NCBI GenBank assembly: GCA_964276515.1
Contig: OZ193910.1
Location: 3,906,001 to 3,970,000 of the forward strand
DNA: 64,000 nucleotides
Reading direction: 5' to 3'
Origin: Gordius albopunctatus
Lineage: Eukaryota
Below are positions 47,901-61,100 of this stretch, piece by piece. A program made the position numbers and the translations under genes. Under the pieces are notes generated by a model. It did not search any database. It was not told the origin of the DNA and worked only from the letters and a program-made list of their open reading frames with translations. Positions within the stretch are counted from its first letter, which is position 1, and every line of letters starts with the position of its first letter.

Positions 47901-50593
47901 GTTTGAACGGGGCGTGGTGGCGTAGTGGGTAGAGGTTTAGTCTTTGAAGCAAGAGCTCGCAGGTTCAATCCCGCCTCTGCAACTTATTTCAAAAAAAGAT
48001 TAAAAATCACATCTTCACCACGGCTGTCAGGCCTGGATAGCCGAGCATCACCCCTTATCCAAATATCTAAAGAAGCTGACAACCTTAGTGTGACAGACAG
48101 CGATTGGAAAATTTTATCGTTTGAACATCCTTTAAATAAATTATTTAGTTGCAATAAAAACCTTATTTATATTAATATTCGTGAAGGGTGCGATTATCAT
48201 TAGAATAAGGTATTGGCTAAAAAAGGTTTGGAAATAAGTGTTTTCGAGATAATTAATTAATTTTTTTATATATCTTATAATAATAATTAGAGTCACGGTT
48301 TCTTTTAGAAAATTCTGTGCAAATAGGTTTTTGTGATTTCAACAATCTTTCAATAAAAGGATTTTATATATCGATGATCCAGAATTCGGATTTTCAATAC
48401 AATCTACTAAACATTTTCTTCCCCCTATTCCTTATTAAAAAACGCTAATCTAAGAAAAAAACTAGACTATCCCACAAAAACTTAACTAAAATAAAATTTA
48501 AAATGTAGAATATAATAGATGAGTTTTATATGCGTTTTATTATAGCCAAATCTCACTGGTTCTAAATGGCATATCCTTGGAGCCTAGAGGGATTTCGAAA
48601 CGAGCGATTGAGACCTTTTCACAATTTATACTGCCATTTTCCCATTTTTGTATCGAATGCAGCGCTCTGGCTATTAAACCGTCTTTCGTTGCCACTCGAA
48701 GTAAGGTATTGTTTACAAACTTTCAAAAAAATTAAGAAAAAATCAAAAAAAAATTAAAAAAATTATTATTTAAATTACTAGACATATTATTTATCTACAA
48801 AGGGGGCAAAATTTAGGGAGGGGCAAAATTAACTTTTTGTGAAATTTTAACCATAATTTTAATAAATTTCAACAAATTTTTGGATTTAGAGGGGGCAGCC
48901 GGCCCTTTTAGCCCCCCCCCCCTGGCTACGCCCACGTTTCTCTAAACACTTACGTTGCATGTTATAATCCATGTAAAAACATCCTGGTTATTAATATGAG
49001 ACACCAATTGCTTCAAGTTCTCTTCACCTGAGAAATTAGATGAAACAATTTTATTAAAATGTCCGTTGTAAGATAACATAATAGGAATTTATTAAATTTA
49101 ATATCTACATATTTTTATTTTTTTATACATGCATATTTTATGTTTTTTAATATTATATATCTGTTTTTATAACTTTTATAACTTCCAATCTATTTAAATT
49201 ATTCTTAAAAAAGTTATTGAAATATAAGTTGTTGGATCTAGAATGACTTAAAAGGGTCTTTAGTTAGAGTAATATGTAAATTTATGTGAATATTTTTCCT
49301 TTATAAAAAAATCTCTTGTTAAAAATAATCTTTCAAGAATTTTGGGGTATATAATAAAGGTAAATTAAGGATATTTGGTGTTTATTTGCGCATTTTTAAA
49401 GCAAAAAGCTACAAAAAATAAATAAAATTAAACATACTTATTTATTTTAAATTTAAATTAAATTTATAATACAATTTAATATTTTGATTATATAAAAATA
49501 ATAGGGTCTTTTAAAAATTTACTCTTCAAAACCTACAGCAATTTGCCGAGATATAATAAAATTTTGCCTAAATTGTATTAAATGTGACTAGAATTGTTTA
49601 AAACTATTCATCACTTGTTTACTAATTTAAGTTATTTAGTTATATTCGGGGGAAAAAATTCTTAATAATTTACCGTTGTAACAATGAAAATATTAAATTC
49701 ACTTTTTATAATAATATTTTAAACAGTAAAGCTAGGGTTAAAAATCAGAAATTATGATAAAGTACTAACTGAATGCTATTTTGACCGCTTAGCATAGCTA
49801 ATTGATTTAATTTTAATTAAATTTTTGCAATTTTTGTCATTATTATATCGTTTAATATAATAAGTGTTGTTTTATTATTGAGCTACAATTATTTTTTTGC
49901 TCAAATGTTGTTTAAAACGAAAAAGATTTTTTTTTATAAAAATTGACTATTTCAGACTTGATTGTTTCAATAATACAAAGTTAAAAATAATTTTAATTAC
50001 CTTTAGATATATTTTGGAAGCCCTCTAAAGACGGCATTATTTGCCATATATATTTCGTGTTGACTCCTTTATATATGGGAAACTTAACAGTGTTTCGCGT
50101 AAGCTAAATTAAAAAGACACTATTATATCACAATAAAGTTGAATAAATTTATGCCAATATAATAAAACAAATTTCTCCAAGGAAAACTAGATTTTATTCC
50201 AAATAGTTTATAAATTTTTCAGCTCACTAGTGAGAACTCTGTCAAAGCAAAATTTGGTCTTGAATCGTTTATTCGAATGATTCCCGTGAGGTATAAGGGG
50301 TACGAATTTTGCCAAGAATAGACGTAAAATTTGTTCGTGATCGTTAGAATCGGAGATACTTTATAGATTTTGTTAGATTAATCAATATTTTTATAATTAA
50401 TTTTTACCTTTTTTAAAAGTCTCAAATCTAATATCGCCTGATTCTGCATTGGGTGCTACGATAAAATAACCATAGTTTAATGATGAAGTTTTTAAAATTT
50501 TAATTTTAAAATGGGAATAAAATTAAAATACTTACAATCCTCAATGGTTAATCTCCATAATGCGGTCAAGGCAAAACAAAATAGGATTTTCAT
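41937..50593 (-). CDS. Host gene: predicted secreted protein of unknown family; middle exons unresolved
   Basis: Phase-compatible GT-AG exons 50593-50536, 50455-50408, 50358-50228, 50103-50001, 49027-48954, 48719-48557, 47672-47629, then 46427-46214, 45711-45519, 42145-41937; N-terminus MKILFCFALTALWRLT; candidate exons at 46770-47400 need frameshifts. Confidence 0.65.
42216..42272 (+). ncRNA. Twister self-cleaving ribozyme (type P1)
   Basis: GGCAA-U^AA-CACU-AC-CUAC-UAUGG-UCCCAAGU-CCGUG-UGCAAAA-AGUG-GAGGG-UUGGC; P1, P2, P4 and pseudoknots T1 (CCC/GGG) and T2 (AC/GU) can all form. Confidence 0.85.
42222..45272 (+). mobile_element. Full-length decayed RTE-clade non-LTR retrotransposon
   Basis: AP endonuclease (CLQETRW, GVGIVL, DFNAHVG, IDY, QHRP); RT (FIDLEKAYD, GLHQGSALSP, YADD, YLGS); (AAG)n tail; ~20-bp TSD AAGTCGATTTTGRGYAATAA (42204-42223, 45273-45292). 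Confidence 0.95.
45998..46161. mobile_element. hAT MITE (CATGGGCGTAGCC family; roughly 15 whole or partial copies in the window)
   Basis: TIRs plus perfect 8-bp TSD AATAAATA; other copies near 11490, 17771, 19780, 20150, 30347, 38902, 45308, 48800, 53640, 61780 and 63258. Confidence 0.88.
46522..46689. mobile_element. hAT MITE (CATGGGCGTAGCC family)
   Basis: TIRs plus perfect 8-bp TSD ATAAGGAG. Confidence 0.9.
47404..47586. mobile_element. Tc1/mariner-type MITE
   Basis: 39-bp inverted repeats (47404-47442 / 47548-47586, 1 mismatch) flanked by TA on both sides. Confidence 0.75.
47909..48110 (+). mobile_element. tRNA-derived SINE
   Basis: A box TGGCGTAGTGG, B box GGTTCAATCCC, ~130-bp non-tRNA body; perfect 16-bp TSD ATTTTATCGTTTGAAC (47893-47908, 48111-48126). 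Confidence 0.92.
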
Positions 50594-50846
50594 AGAAATT
50601 TAGTAAAAATTTAATACAAAACGACAGTTGACGAATTTATGCAAAAAAAATTATATTAGGAAGCTAAATTTGTACGTGCAAAAGTTTATGCATAGATTTT
50701 AATTATAAAATCTAATTAAAATTATTTAATATTCACTATTGTTTGGAGAGAACTTTGTCGTAAACAAATTTGTGTACTTCATTTTACCAAAAAGTTGAAC
50801 TATTTTATAAATAGCAAACCGTTTTGTACCTTAAACCTATAAAACA

Positions 50847-52210
50847 CTAGATGAACCCGGCAAACGTTGTTTTGCCATTTACCCGGGTGTATTAAATTAT
50901 GTTGGAATTTTAGTAAAGTCTATAAACTCGGGCCTTCGGCCCTCGTGGGAAGGGGGAGGGGAGAAGGGAAGGGGGGACGACTCATGTATACTCCGTAACG
51001 TAGCATATTTGCTATGCAATTTATGGGCGTTATATGTAAAATGTTTATACAAATTTTCCATCTAATTAAAAAATATGGGCGAGAAAGGTGGGAAGGGGCG
51101 AAAATGCCTATAGAGGGGTATTAAATGCAAAATGATTAGTTAATTATTTTTAATTAAATTATTTTCAGCTAGTCATAGAGTGGTATTTATTTTAGATATA
51201 TATTAATTTTTTTATACTAATATATAAAGACAAATCTATTAACACTATATATAAAAAATTAAGGCCACTTCTACTCGGTTACCCGTTTAATGTGGCGCAC
51301 CCTATTGAATCGCATTATATTTAAAATATCCCGCTACCAAAATCATGTTTCTTAAAACATAATGTGCTACATAGGTCGTTAAATTTTTCACAATTTCAAG
51401 CTACAAAATGGAAACATATTTCAAGATGATTTTAACAAAAAAAAATATAAAGATAATTTATAAGAAATAAATTTATTACGCAAATAATCAGAGGTCTGCA
51501 TGCTCGACTCAGTCAAGCCCGCGGCTAGAATTAGACCCTGCAATATTTCTATTTGTAAAACTATATATATAAATAACCTTGTAAGGGGTGTGGTGTGCGG
51601 TGAGACGTGGAAAAGAAATTATATAAGGGCAAAAAATAGAATAAAAAATTTCGATATACACTTTGGCCAGTGGGCATTTTTTCCATTGGTCAGTAGCCAT
51701 CAGACAGCCAAATAGCCTATAATTATAATATAGAAAAAAAATCGAATTTATACTTTGGCCAGTGGTCATATTTTTTAATGGTCAGCAGTCAGCAGGTCAA
51801 AAAGCATCTAAATACATAAGGGCCAAATAATAAAAAAACAAAAAATATTCTAATTCCACTTTGGCCAGTGGTCCTTTTTTCTATTGGTCAGTAGTCAGCA
51901 GACAGCCAAATATCCTATCTTTTTAATCTTATTAACAGAAACAATATCTTATAAATGCAAAATTTAGGTTAATAACAAAAAGAAACAATAATTCACAAAG
52001 CAGCAAAAATACAATTAAAATAGCAATTAACCGAATTAATAATTTTGGCCTTTGGCCGGGGTCAGATATAGTAGAAGTAAACAACGGTCACCATTAATTT
52101 GGCGGGAATCATTTAGCCAGTTTCGCAAACATCCGATATATAGCAACAACCTAGACAAGTTGCGAAAAGAATTTACCTATAAAGCTAATCAGTCGAGCTC
52201 ATAAACAAAA
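50847..52210 (-). mobile_element. Helitron/Helentron-family non-autonomous element (3' end clear, 5' end not located)
   Basis: Minus-strand hairpin GGCAAAACAACGTTTGCC followed by CTAG|T at 50847; second hairpin GGGCCGAAGGCCC near 50930; inverted copies of the units seen at 40.3-41.7 kb. Confidence 0.65.
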
Positions 52211-52279
52211 TTAATAATGACATCGCCCCAGCCCAATTCCATTTTTGTTTCTTGGCCTGATTGAATACAGGGCTTTTTA

Positions 52280-52610
52280 AAAAATATTTATGAAGCTTCA
52301 AATACTTGCGTTAGGGAGACAGTTGGAGACTCTAAACCTTTTTGGGATGAAGAATTACATCAAGGATCAGCTTTAAGTTCCTTTTTATTTAGTATAGTTA
52401 TGGACACGATAATGATAGACATTCAAAAGCCATCGCCATGGTGTATGCTATATGCGGATGATATAATACTATGCGAAGAAGCAAAGGAGAAAGTATTCGA
52501 AAAGTGGTCAAAGCGCTTAGCTGGATATGGTTTAAAGGTCATCGATTGAATAACGGTATACATGGAAATGAACGTTACAGGCAGCCCTCCGTTGGATGTC
52601 CATCGAAAGT
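52280..52610 (+). pseudogene. RTE reverse-transcriptase fragment
   Basis: LHQGSALSSF...WCMLYADDIILCEE; similar to 44330-44670. Confidence 0.85.
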
Positions 52611-53799
52611 ATAAAAAGCAAAAGAGAATACTATCTGATAACAAATTCCGTATTTCTGCAGCCGCTCGAATGTGGTTTAATGCAGTCACCAAGTGCACCT
52701 CATCAAGTGTAGACCATACATAGCTTATGACCATCATGAACTTCATTGCCATCGAGTCCAGTACCTTGGCCATGGCTGCGGTGAAAACATTAATCCACCT
52801 AAGAAACTTAAAGATATCTCCAACGAGTTTTAAAACAGACTTAGAGCAAAATACTTTAAAGATTTATTAAATATCTTTAAAAGCTATTATATAGACAAAA
52901 TAAGTTGGATTAATTTCTAATAATAAATGCTTGCTATTCAGTGGATAATCAATAATGTCTATTTTGTTTCCTTTCCTAATAGGATAAGAAATTTATATAG
53001 TCAGTGGTGATTTCAAAAAAATCCATTTTTGGGGGTTCATACAGCTACATTATTTATTAGAATGATTCCATGTGACAAGTGGGTAGGGGCTTCTTTTTTA
53101 TACGAAGGAAGTAATAAGCTACTTAAAATCTCAATAATAAGATTATTTTGCTAACAAATAAATAGAACCTTGCAAAATAAATTTCTTTTTTATTTTGAGT
53201 CCTACCCATGCTTGGCTCACTTTTTTTAATGAGAACTTTAGGCAAATTTTAAATTTGAAAATTATTTTATATAAAATAAATTGGATTGTTATTAATTCAT
53301 AAATTAAAACAAAAATAAGTTTAAAGTAAAGAATTTAATTTTTCTTGCTACAATTTATTCAACTCGTTAATTTTAAAGTAAAAAATCTAATTTTAGAAAA
53401 ATAAATTTTACGGTTAAAAGAACTTAACCTTCTCAATTTTAAACTTATTTTTTTTAATTTTAATAGCTACTTACTATATATATATGTAACCTAGGTCCTT
53501 TGCACAGCCAGGGGCTACCCCTGGATTTCACGCCGAGCCGGACTTATTAATTGAATTTTCAAATCCGGACAGAAATTCCCTCTGGACGGTCGAGGTTGGA
53601 CCGGTTCGGACTTCGGGAGGCCCCTTCAATGCAAAAACCCTTAAAAATTAAATAAAAATTAGGTTTTGCCCCCCTCCCTGATTGAACTTTTAAACGTTTC
53701 GACCCCCCCCCCCCTAATCCAAAACCTGGCTACTCTCATGTTTTACGTATAGCCCAGGATTCCGAGTTATACAAGACTGTTGGCTGTATGGTGGATTTA

Positions 53800-54262
53800 T
53801 ACAGTGCACCTTTTAGTCTTCTTGAGATGTTTTTGTCACACAGAACGCCTTATCAAGTCTCTTCGTTTGTGCCATCTGGAATTTATCCTTGCTTGGATTT
53901 CTATATCCATTCCACCATCCGACTGAAGTATTGATCCTAAATATTTGAAGGAATTCACGCTTGTAAGTTGCCAATCGCCTAAAGTTAGGGATGCACATTG
54001 CTGATTTTCATCTGATTTAAACTTTCTCTTTATGTATTCTGTTTTCTTTCGATTTACCCTGAGACCACTTTCTTCTATTGCATTTACTCATCTATTTACA
54101 GTATTAGCCAATTCTTTTTCACTTTTCTGCAAAGATCTTCCTCGCCTAATTCCTTGGGAAGGGACTAAGAGCTGAATCTTGATGGACTCCAGTGTTAATG
54201 GCAAAGCCCTTTGTAGTCCCCACTGTTGTTCTAACGTATGTTCTATTTCCCTTGTACATATC
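53800..54262 (-). pseudogene. Rearranged non-LTR (RTE-like) fragments
   Basis: DMYKGNRTYVRTTVGTTKGFAINTGVHQDSALSPF at ~54160-54262; the rest is only weakly assignable. Confidence 0.55.
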
Positions 54263-54274
54263 TTTTAGTGCTCT

Positions 54275-55160
54275 GCTTATATCGGATAACGGTCCGCAAT
54301 TTCAAAGCCAAGAGATTCGAGGATTTTGTAGGCTTAGGAGGATAAAACAAGATTCGTCAGCACCTTATCACCCCGTGTCAAATGGATTAGCGGAGAGATA
54401 CGTGCGGCTAGCAAAGGAGGCGGTGGTGCGCAACAATTCCGAAATTGACTTAAGCTTATTCCTAGAAAATTACAGGGCAAAATCCACCCAGCGACTGGGA
54501 TAACTCATGCAGAAGGAATGTTAAGGCGGAAAATTCGAACCGAGTGGGAGGTGTTAAGGGAAATCGAACCTCAACATTTGACGGAGAGCGGAAAGTCGCG
54601 TACGTTCGGCGTAGGAGACATGATGTGGGTGCGCATGTTATTGGGGTCCAGAAAATGGGTAGAGGGATCTATAACAGCCAAATTCGGTAGTCGCTCCTAC
54701 ATAGTGTGGGCTCAAGGGAAAAAACACCCCAGACACCTGGATCAAATAAGAGAACGAAAAACACTTGATTGGACCAGTCTGAGTCAAGAGAACGGTTGGC
54801 CCAATAGGAATTCGCAAGAAAGCTCCCAGTAGATAGTAGAAAGGGAAACTGCGGAACGAAATCAAACGGGCCCAGGGGTATCGGGAACATTTAGCCAAAG
54901 GCTGGCGGATACACCTAGCGAGGAACCTAGATACCGATGACGTATTCGACAAGCCCCAGGATATCTAAAGCATTATATCTGTGAAAAGGGGGGAAGTGTT
55001 GAGGGTTGAAAGATTGTGATTACGTTTGTGTAATATTTCGATTTATGTATTATTTTATATTTCGTGATTCCTAGTGTGACAATATTAGTCAGTCATTCTA
55101 TTGCTCCATTTTTACTACTTGTTTCGTTGAATAAGGTGTGATTTACGTGATAGAGGACAC
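54275..55160 (+). mobile_element. 3' fragment of a Gypsy element related to family A (integrase end, PPT, probable LTR)
   Basis: SDNGPQF...SNGLAERYV, IRTEWEVLRE, RHLDQIR; PPT AAAAGGGGGGAAG followed by TGTT at 54997; right boundary approximate. Confidence 0.8.
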
Positions 55161-55175
55161 TATTCTTTTGATTAG

Positions 55176-55842
55176 TTAATATTTCCTCTTCCTTCCTATT
55201 CCTTCACAGATTCCTTGTATTTCCATTTCCAATGAATCGAGGATTAAGTCTTTTTCTGATTCCAAACATCCAATTTGGGGGTGGGGGGGGGCATACGCGC
55301 ACATAACGTTTAGGAGGCCCCCTTGATCTGCAATCTTCACCCACATTAGCCTGTCGGAACAACGCTTGACTTCCACCACCTTGTCCTTGAACGATTCGCT
55401 TAGAACGATACCGACCCCGTTTTTACGATTTAGTGACCCACTGTAGAATAGCTTATATCCTTCTCCTAACTCCCCGGCTTTGGTTTCGTTCAACCTCGTC
55501 TATTCTAGGCACGCGATGTGTACCTTTCGTCTTTTAAGCATTTGTGCGACCTCGATCCTCTTCCCCGTCAACGTTCCCACATTCCAGCATGTTACTCGCA
55601 TTCTTTCCACAACTAATTTCCTTAACCGCCCTCGTTGTGAGGGTGGTAACCCTAGTGTATTTTTCACATTGCACGGGCCGGGTATGCAGTGCGCGTCGTT
55701 TTTGGAGGACGCCCTAGATTTCTCTTAAAATTTTTTATTTGAAACTATCATGATTTTGGAGTTGGTTTTTATAGCCGGTTTCCGACCTGAAGCCAACCCT
55801 CCACTTTTTTCACACGGACTTAGGACCGTGCAAATGATGTAA
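55176..55842 (-). mobile_element. 5' fragment of the same RTE family, with a twister remnant
   Basis: Inverted match to 42230-42860; GVGIVLSESFKDKVVEVKRCSDRLM. Confidence 0.9.
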
Positions 55843-56123
55843 TTTTTGTTTTTAATTTATAAGTTAAATTTTATGATTAGTATGATGACGTAAAATCGGT
55901 TGAATAGTTGTGTTTAATGAGTGTTCACAGAAAGTTGGTGAAGGAAATATAGTCTATATTAAGTTTGAAATCATTAGACAGTTCGCCGAAAATCCTAGAA
56001 AGATAGCTTTACTATTATATTACTTTTATTTCATTTTTATAATTTAAAAATAAAAAAACGTTTAAATATTTTATATTTGTCTATATTAATTGATATTGAG
56101 TTTTTATTTGTGGGGCTATAGAC

Positions 56124-56741
56124 TAGTGATGCGGAAAATCCGAGAAAAATCTGGATCTCGCCTTGCTGGTTTTCGATGCGAGGCGAGACTTTGAAATATT
56201 TGGTCGAGATTGAGACGAGAATTACAACCTCGAAACGAGAGGATACGTTATTTTATCGGCGAGATCTCGGCTTTAAAATTTCTTAATTGATCATTTTAAT
56301 CATAATATAGTAAATATAATTGTGCATATTTTATTTTATAATTCACATTTAGAATGTTAAATGTAAATTAATATATTGAATTACTTTCAATTTTGGGTAA
56401 TTTCCCACACCCAAGTAGCCGCGTATAATTCATATTTTAATAATTTTAGCTCATTCAATAAAATAGACATGTAAATAATTTTTCAATATATTTATTGCAT
56501 ATTTATATCCTTAGCATTAAAATATAATATAAACAAACACACAGACTTAAAATGAGTTTTGATGGAGTAGTCAATATTCCAAAAACATATTCAAATTTCC
56601 CAACAATTAAACATTCTATCTGATGTGATGATTGATATCTTGAATTGGTGGTTAATTAATCATACTAATTATATAAATTGGGCTACATAGGCCAAAAATT
56701 TTTTATACACTTCAGCGACTTCTGTGCCTGCCGAACGATAG
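56124..56741 (+). mobile_element. hAT transposon remnant
   Basis: TAGTGATG terminus with CGAGA subterminal repeats; dimerisation-domain remnant DILNWWLINH...AKNFLYTSATSVPAER at 56634-56738 with a stop codon. Confidence 0.75.
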
Positions 56742-58122
56742 CCTACAAAGCATTAGATTAAATCATTAAACTAGATGTTTGTAATTCTTGAACGCATGTT
56801 AAACCTCTAAAATTATAAGGTCATAAATATTTACACTATTTATTTGTTTGCCATTTGAATTCCAAAGGTAGAATTGGCAATTGAACTCTATTCCACTGAA
56901 TTTTCTAGGCGATTTTGCACTACACTAAAATATATGAGCATAAGCTTTATTAATAATATAATTTCTGGCTAAATTGTTTTAATATTTTGGAAAGGGTCTT
57001 ACACTATAATAAATTCGTTTAATTTTTGAATATAAAAGTATTTGCTATAAAATTATATATGTGCAATTTATTGAAAACCTCTGAACTCTTATTCCTACAG
57101 GTAGTAGTAATGCAACTTTTAGTGTTGTTTTTACAACGCTGTAATGTGTGCAGGCAAATGATTATGTTATAAATATTAATAAAAAGTATCAACCCGTACC
57201 TTTTAGGTTTCTATAACATTATAATAGACATGAAAACAATTCCTAAGGAACGAAATGATGAAGGTTATATCAGATGGCTACAACTATTTTCTTAAATTAT
57301 TTATCTAAATACATTCCAAATCTTTGCCAATATTAATTAGGGTACCTTTAAAATATGCAAATGACACCTTTATACAGGTTTTTCAATAAAAAAATGGCGC
57401 GCCATTTCAATTATTTATATTATAACTTAAAAATATTAGGGGAAAAAATCAAAAATGTTTAATAGAAGCCTGACAGCATTTTAAAAAAATTGTAACAAAT
57501 TATTCTAATATTTTTTAATTAAACCCTTCTACTAATGAAATAATTAATAAGCAAACCCTATTAACTGGGCATAGATTTAAAAATTATTGCTAAAATAATA
57601 AATCCCCCATAAAATGGCAGATTTTAACTATTTCCATTTTATAAATAAATCTTTGAATCTTAGAAGCACAAGCATCCAATTTATACAAAGTTTTCTCGAT
57701 TTTCTTAAAAACTTGTTATATAAGTAATTAATAACTCCTCTCCAAATAAATAACGTTAGCTCTAAAGTTGTAACTTAATGCCCCTAAATGCAATTTAAAA
57801 AACAACAAATTTATTAAAGCTCATATAAAAACGAAATATCGTATAGTTTGGTGTGTGAGTAAATGCGCGGTGTTTTTAAAATGCAGATGCGAGAAGTAGA
57901 TGTATTTACAAAATTGTGTCGTAGCAAACATCAATTTGGGCATTAAATAAAGTAGGCTAGGCCGTAGTTATGTACAAATATCTTATAAAAACCCCTTTGT
58001 TCTCTCTCATAAGAATCAATTACATCGATTCATATCACCCATCGTCTGTTCGGGGGTTATAGGGGGTTATAAATATCGGAAGACTTTGTGTAAGGGGCAA
58101 ACTTAAGAATTTCTAAATAGGA

Positions 58123-61100
58123 TCAGACCCAATCCCTAATTTCTCCATTTTTATGTTCCCCTTGCAATATTGCTATGGCATCCTGCCTGTGCATGCACCA
58201 CAGCACGTTGCACAATCGATTTATGGCTGGACCGCTGTTTGATACATCGGGTTGACATGTTAGAGTAGCGTTTTGAGCTTCCCACAACGTCAACAGGGCG
58301 TCTGTCGGGCTTTGTTTGGTCGCGAAATATTGAATATACCTAATCAGATAATAACAAAATTTTGATAAAACTCCATCGTATAAAGCAAAGCATAAATATT
58401 ACAACTAAAGCTGCATATAGCCGTATATAAAGCGAAAAAGATATATAAAAATGGAATTTAGTCTAAGGAATTAACAAGATGCAGTCTTATACTACATACT
58501 TGCGTTGCAAAATCGCCTGGGTTTTGTTTGATTGACCTTTGTCTTTAGTAGACTAAACATAAAAAAAACTAATAGGCTTGGTCGAAATTTGAAAATCAGA
58601 CCATAGTTGACCGTTAGAGGTTGACCATACAAAATCTAGCCGTTTTACAACACTATCACATATTGATGGGTCCTTTAGATGTTTTAATTAGATGTAAGAG
58701 TTCAATTATATGTCTACAACTAATTCATGTAATATTTTTGCAATTCAGGTAATAATTTATTGGATATTGTATAAGTTTATATAATCTTCAATTAAATTCT
58801 TAATCGCACTAGATTAAAAACGTTGAGCAAAAATTAAGTTTTGTATACTTATAATTATTAATTTTGTTACTTATATAAATTACCTGTCGTAATTTAAATG
58901 TTGGGCTAGAAGTCGCCAGTCGTTTCCTTCTACCCTAGGAACATCCATACACTTACAGAGAGGTTCTTTGACAAACTGAGGTATTCTTCAAATTTAATAA
59001 ACATAAATTATTATATATAATAAATCCTAATTCATAAAGAAAAATGTTCTTAATCAGACAGGAACTTATTACTTAAAAGGTATGTTCGTGTTAGGAGCGA
59101 TTTCGAAACATTTTGTCGTAGGATGACCGCATGTCTCCTCAACTATGGTATTTGCACTAGGTTTGTGGGAATGACATGTTACGACCTAAGGTAATTACAA
59201 AATTTATTTAAGGTATTTGTAAAATAATGGGACAAACTGCAAATTAATGGTTTTATTTATTAAATCGTAAATGCAGTGAAACTATCTTTTTACATCATTT
59301 AAATTTGTGCTAATGTTAATGGTGTCGGTCTGGCGAAGGGAAGTTGAATCGTGCGTTAAAATTGCTTGTTCAACCGTTATGGAGCAACTGAAAGTTTGCA
59401 TGGTAGGATCCAAATGCTCTAGGACGAATGAGCAATGAATTGCATTCCGATTTCCCGACCATAAATGAACGAATGGGATCTCCTAAGTTATATATGCAAA
59501 AAATATTAGTTTATACCTTTGTAAATCTCCAAAAAACTTAGTTTATTTAAAATTGAAAAACTTTAATTATACTGTTAAGTATAAAAATAACAGACAGATT
59601 ATTTTCGAAAAATTATATTTAAGGTGAACAAAATTTTTCAAATTTTTTAAAAATATTACTTGTTTATTATCGGGTGATTTATTTTTCCAACCGGGAGATA
59701 TATTGGCTATAGATAGCGATAGTAGTCTGGAATTGTCAGTAAACGGAAAGATTCGAGGTTCATTGATTAACCTTCCGTTCATTTTTTTCTCCGCTAAAAC
59801 CACAGCCTAAGATGTAATTAATTTAATCGTTATAAATATTAGTCTCATACAGGGTATCAAACTTGTGATTAAATTATATCATAAAGTAGTAGAAAAATTT
59901 TCTCACATAATTTTTAAACGCTGCTTACTTTTATTATAAAAAGATCAAATTACCAAGCTAATTTATTTAAAGAAATATTTAAAATTTGGGTGATATCATA
60001 CTTCTTGGCCATCTCGGTTATTTTCTATGCAATACACGCGTAGAGTGCACTCAGTTGACGAGGGTAATGCGCTGGCAAACGTGAGAATACAAAGATTTTT
60101 CTTGGCGCATTTGCTATTACAATTCCCATTTTGAAGCGGTTTATGTTTAGAATGTCCTATCAAGGTATAGCCTTGTAGCGTTTCGACCATTACAAAGCCC
60201 TGGTGAGATCCGTCATCTTGAATGTGACAATACACTGGTGTATCTATAGTCTCTTGTCCCACTGTTACCAATGCCTTTTCAAAATATTCGCAAAAAGTTT
60301 GATTATAAACTATGTTAAAACATCTATGGCGATGTTTACAGAAATTGAAGTCAGGTTTCAAAAACTAATGGTAGATGTCTAATATTCTCAAGGCTTAAGA
60401 GGAGCCAAAACTGCAAGCCAAAACATTTAGTATTAATGATTTATGGGCGGATTAAATGATGATTTTCTAAAAAATTATATATAACCAAAAATCGGAAAAT
60501 GACTTTCGCAATCTCTAATCGCATAATTATTATTCTAATGAAAAATACATAGAATTGATACAAAAAATATTATAACATTCCTAAATACACATTTTTGAAT
60601 TTGTATGATGTGGTCAAATTAATTTAATTTTAAACGAAATGTTGTCTAGAGTTTACATTTAACCCAAATTTTTGCCAACTAAATACCTTCCATTCCATCG
60701 GATTTTCGGTCTCATTTAGAGCTCCTTGTAGAAGCGTTAATACCCAATCTCGGGTCACATCACTGCCACAATGCTCGAAAGTAAAAACTGCTGGTTTCTT
60801 TAAAACCAACCCTGCAGGTCCACAAAAGATGAGGGGACTTAAAAGGGTTTGTCCATCTATTTTAATTTGGAATACAAGATAAATAATATTTCTTTCGTTA
60901 TTTATTAAAATTCTAAAGTTTTAGTAAAATAACATGTTTATGATTCAATCATTTTCATGAAAGAAATAAAGTTTTGTACAATATATTATCATATATCCGT
61001 GATTTTTAACCAATAAACTTTTATATAGAAAAAATTTTTTTAGTACATCTTCAGTTTTTTTAATTTGGCAAATTTACGGCATTGCAATAAATATTTACAA

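Noticed and set aside
47909..47982. Functional tRNA gene
   Set aside because: Acceptor stem does not close; it continues into a 130-bp body and is bounded by a TSD, so it is a SINE head
52640..52790. GC-richer segment within ORF 52423-52773
   Set aside because: The ORF is partly antisense to an RT fragment; no frame gave a recognisable protein
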